DNA of 64,000 nt from the human T2T-CHM13v2.0 reference genome, Homo sapiens, in assembly GCF_009914755.1 (NCBI RefSeq), contig NC_060934.1. One strand, 5' to 3'. Both the position numbers and the translations under genes were made by a program. The notes beneath the pieces were generated by a model. That model ran no database searches and was not told where the DNA came from. It saw only the letters and a program-made list of their open reading frames with translations. Below, in pieces: positions 63,601-64,000 of the stretch (position 1 is the first letter of the stretch; each line of letters begins with the position of its first letter).

Positions 63601-64000
63601 ACTAGTTTGTGATGTGTGCCTTCAACTCACAGAGTTTAACCTTTCTTTTCATAGAGCAGTTTGGAAACACTCTATTTGTAAAGTCTGCAAGTGGATATTT
63701 GGACCTCTTTGAGGCCTTCGTTGGAAACGGGATTTCTTCATATAACGCTAGACAGAAGAATTCTCAGTAACTTCTTTGTGTTGTGTGTATTCAACTCACC
63801 GAGTTGAACCTTTCTTTAGAGAGAGCAGAGTTGAAACACTCTTCTTGTGGAATTTGCTAGTGCAGATTTCCAACGCTTCGAAGACAGTGATAGAAAAGGA
63901 TATATCTTCGTATTAAAACTAGACAAAATCATTCTCAGAAAACACTTTGTGATGTGTGTGTTCAACTCACAGAGTTTAACCTTTCTTTAATCGAGCAGTT
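57653..64000 (+). repeat. Recent tandem duplication of a 20-monomer block (12-mer + 8-mer), period ~3390 bp
   Basis: Both copies share the 1 bp deletion CTGTAAGTCT (~57914, ~61304) and GACTCCAA, ACTAGATTG, CCTTCATTGG, AAACTTGAC, GAGAGGGCAG, AAGATTCTG, CAGATTCATTC and TTTCCAACG. Confidence 0.88.

Larger units (their letters stand above)
1..64000 (+). repeat. Alpha satellite (alphoid) HOR array, dimeric SF1 type, uninterrupted and unidirectional
   Basis: Alphoid consensus motifs (CATTCTCAGAAAC, TTTGTGATGTGTG, TTCAACTCACAGAGTT, GAGCAGTTTGGAAACAC) recur every ~170 bp. GAATTC or a one-base variant recurs every 337-342 bp (279, 619, 959, 1298, 1638 ... 63758). A CENP-B box sits in alternate monomers. 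Confidence 0.99.
1..64000 (+). other. Probable human chromosome 10 centromeric array D10Z1 (S1C10H1L)
   Basis: Seen: SF1-type dimers, a 1357 bp 8-mer and a 1019 bp 6-mer, RsaI GTAC only in dimer B, PstI CTGCAG essentially only in dimer C. Recalled: D10Z1 was described as RsaI-defined 6- and 8-monomer units. No alignment was run, so another SF1 8-mer (D12Z3) or a great-ape orthologue is not formally excluded. Confidence 0.75.

Noticed and set aside
1-64000. CRISPR-like array (conserved ~35 bp motif recurring at regular spacing)
   Set aside because: The intervening sequences are themselves repeated alphoid monomers rather than unique spacers. There are no cas genes and the context is eukaryotic satellite.
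1-64000. Mobile element insertion (L1/Alu), inversion or non-alphoid island
   Set aside because: The 337-342 bp dimer register is unbroken from start to end. I saw no poly-A tract or reverse-strand alphoid motif.
1-64000. Claim that this window is the kinetochore (CENP-A/CDR) site
   Set aside because: This cannot be determined from sequence alone. It needs methylation and CENP-A data.

Overview
The whole 64 kb window is primate, almost certainly human, centromeric alpha satellite. It holds about 377 monomers of ~170 bp, all head-to-tail in one orientation, with no visible inversion, transposon insertion or unique sequence. Monomers form ~340 bp EcoRI-bounded dimers with a CENP-B box in every second monomer, the SF1 (J1/J2) organisation. 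Four dimer types (my labels A 339, B 340, C 338, D 340 bp) form a 1357 bp 8-mer higher-order repeat (HOR). A C/D hybrid dimer (D') gives a 1019 bp 6-mer. This best fits chromosome 10 D10Z1, an assignment from recall that I did not verify by alignment. By hand parsing, the canonical 8-mer is a minority: of 40 complete units between 959 and 63078, 14 are 6-mers, 6 are 8-mers, 6 are 10-mers, 11 are 12-mers and 3 are 14-mers. All listed ORFs are artefacts of the repeat. I find no gene or new protein-coding system. The interest lies in array architecture: strictly even-mer variants, junctions clustered in two short windows, recent tandem and dispersed duplications, two mappable deletions, and non-random loss of about 41 of ~188 CENP-B boxes. 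All counts are by eye and may be slightly off.
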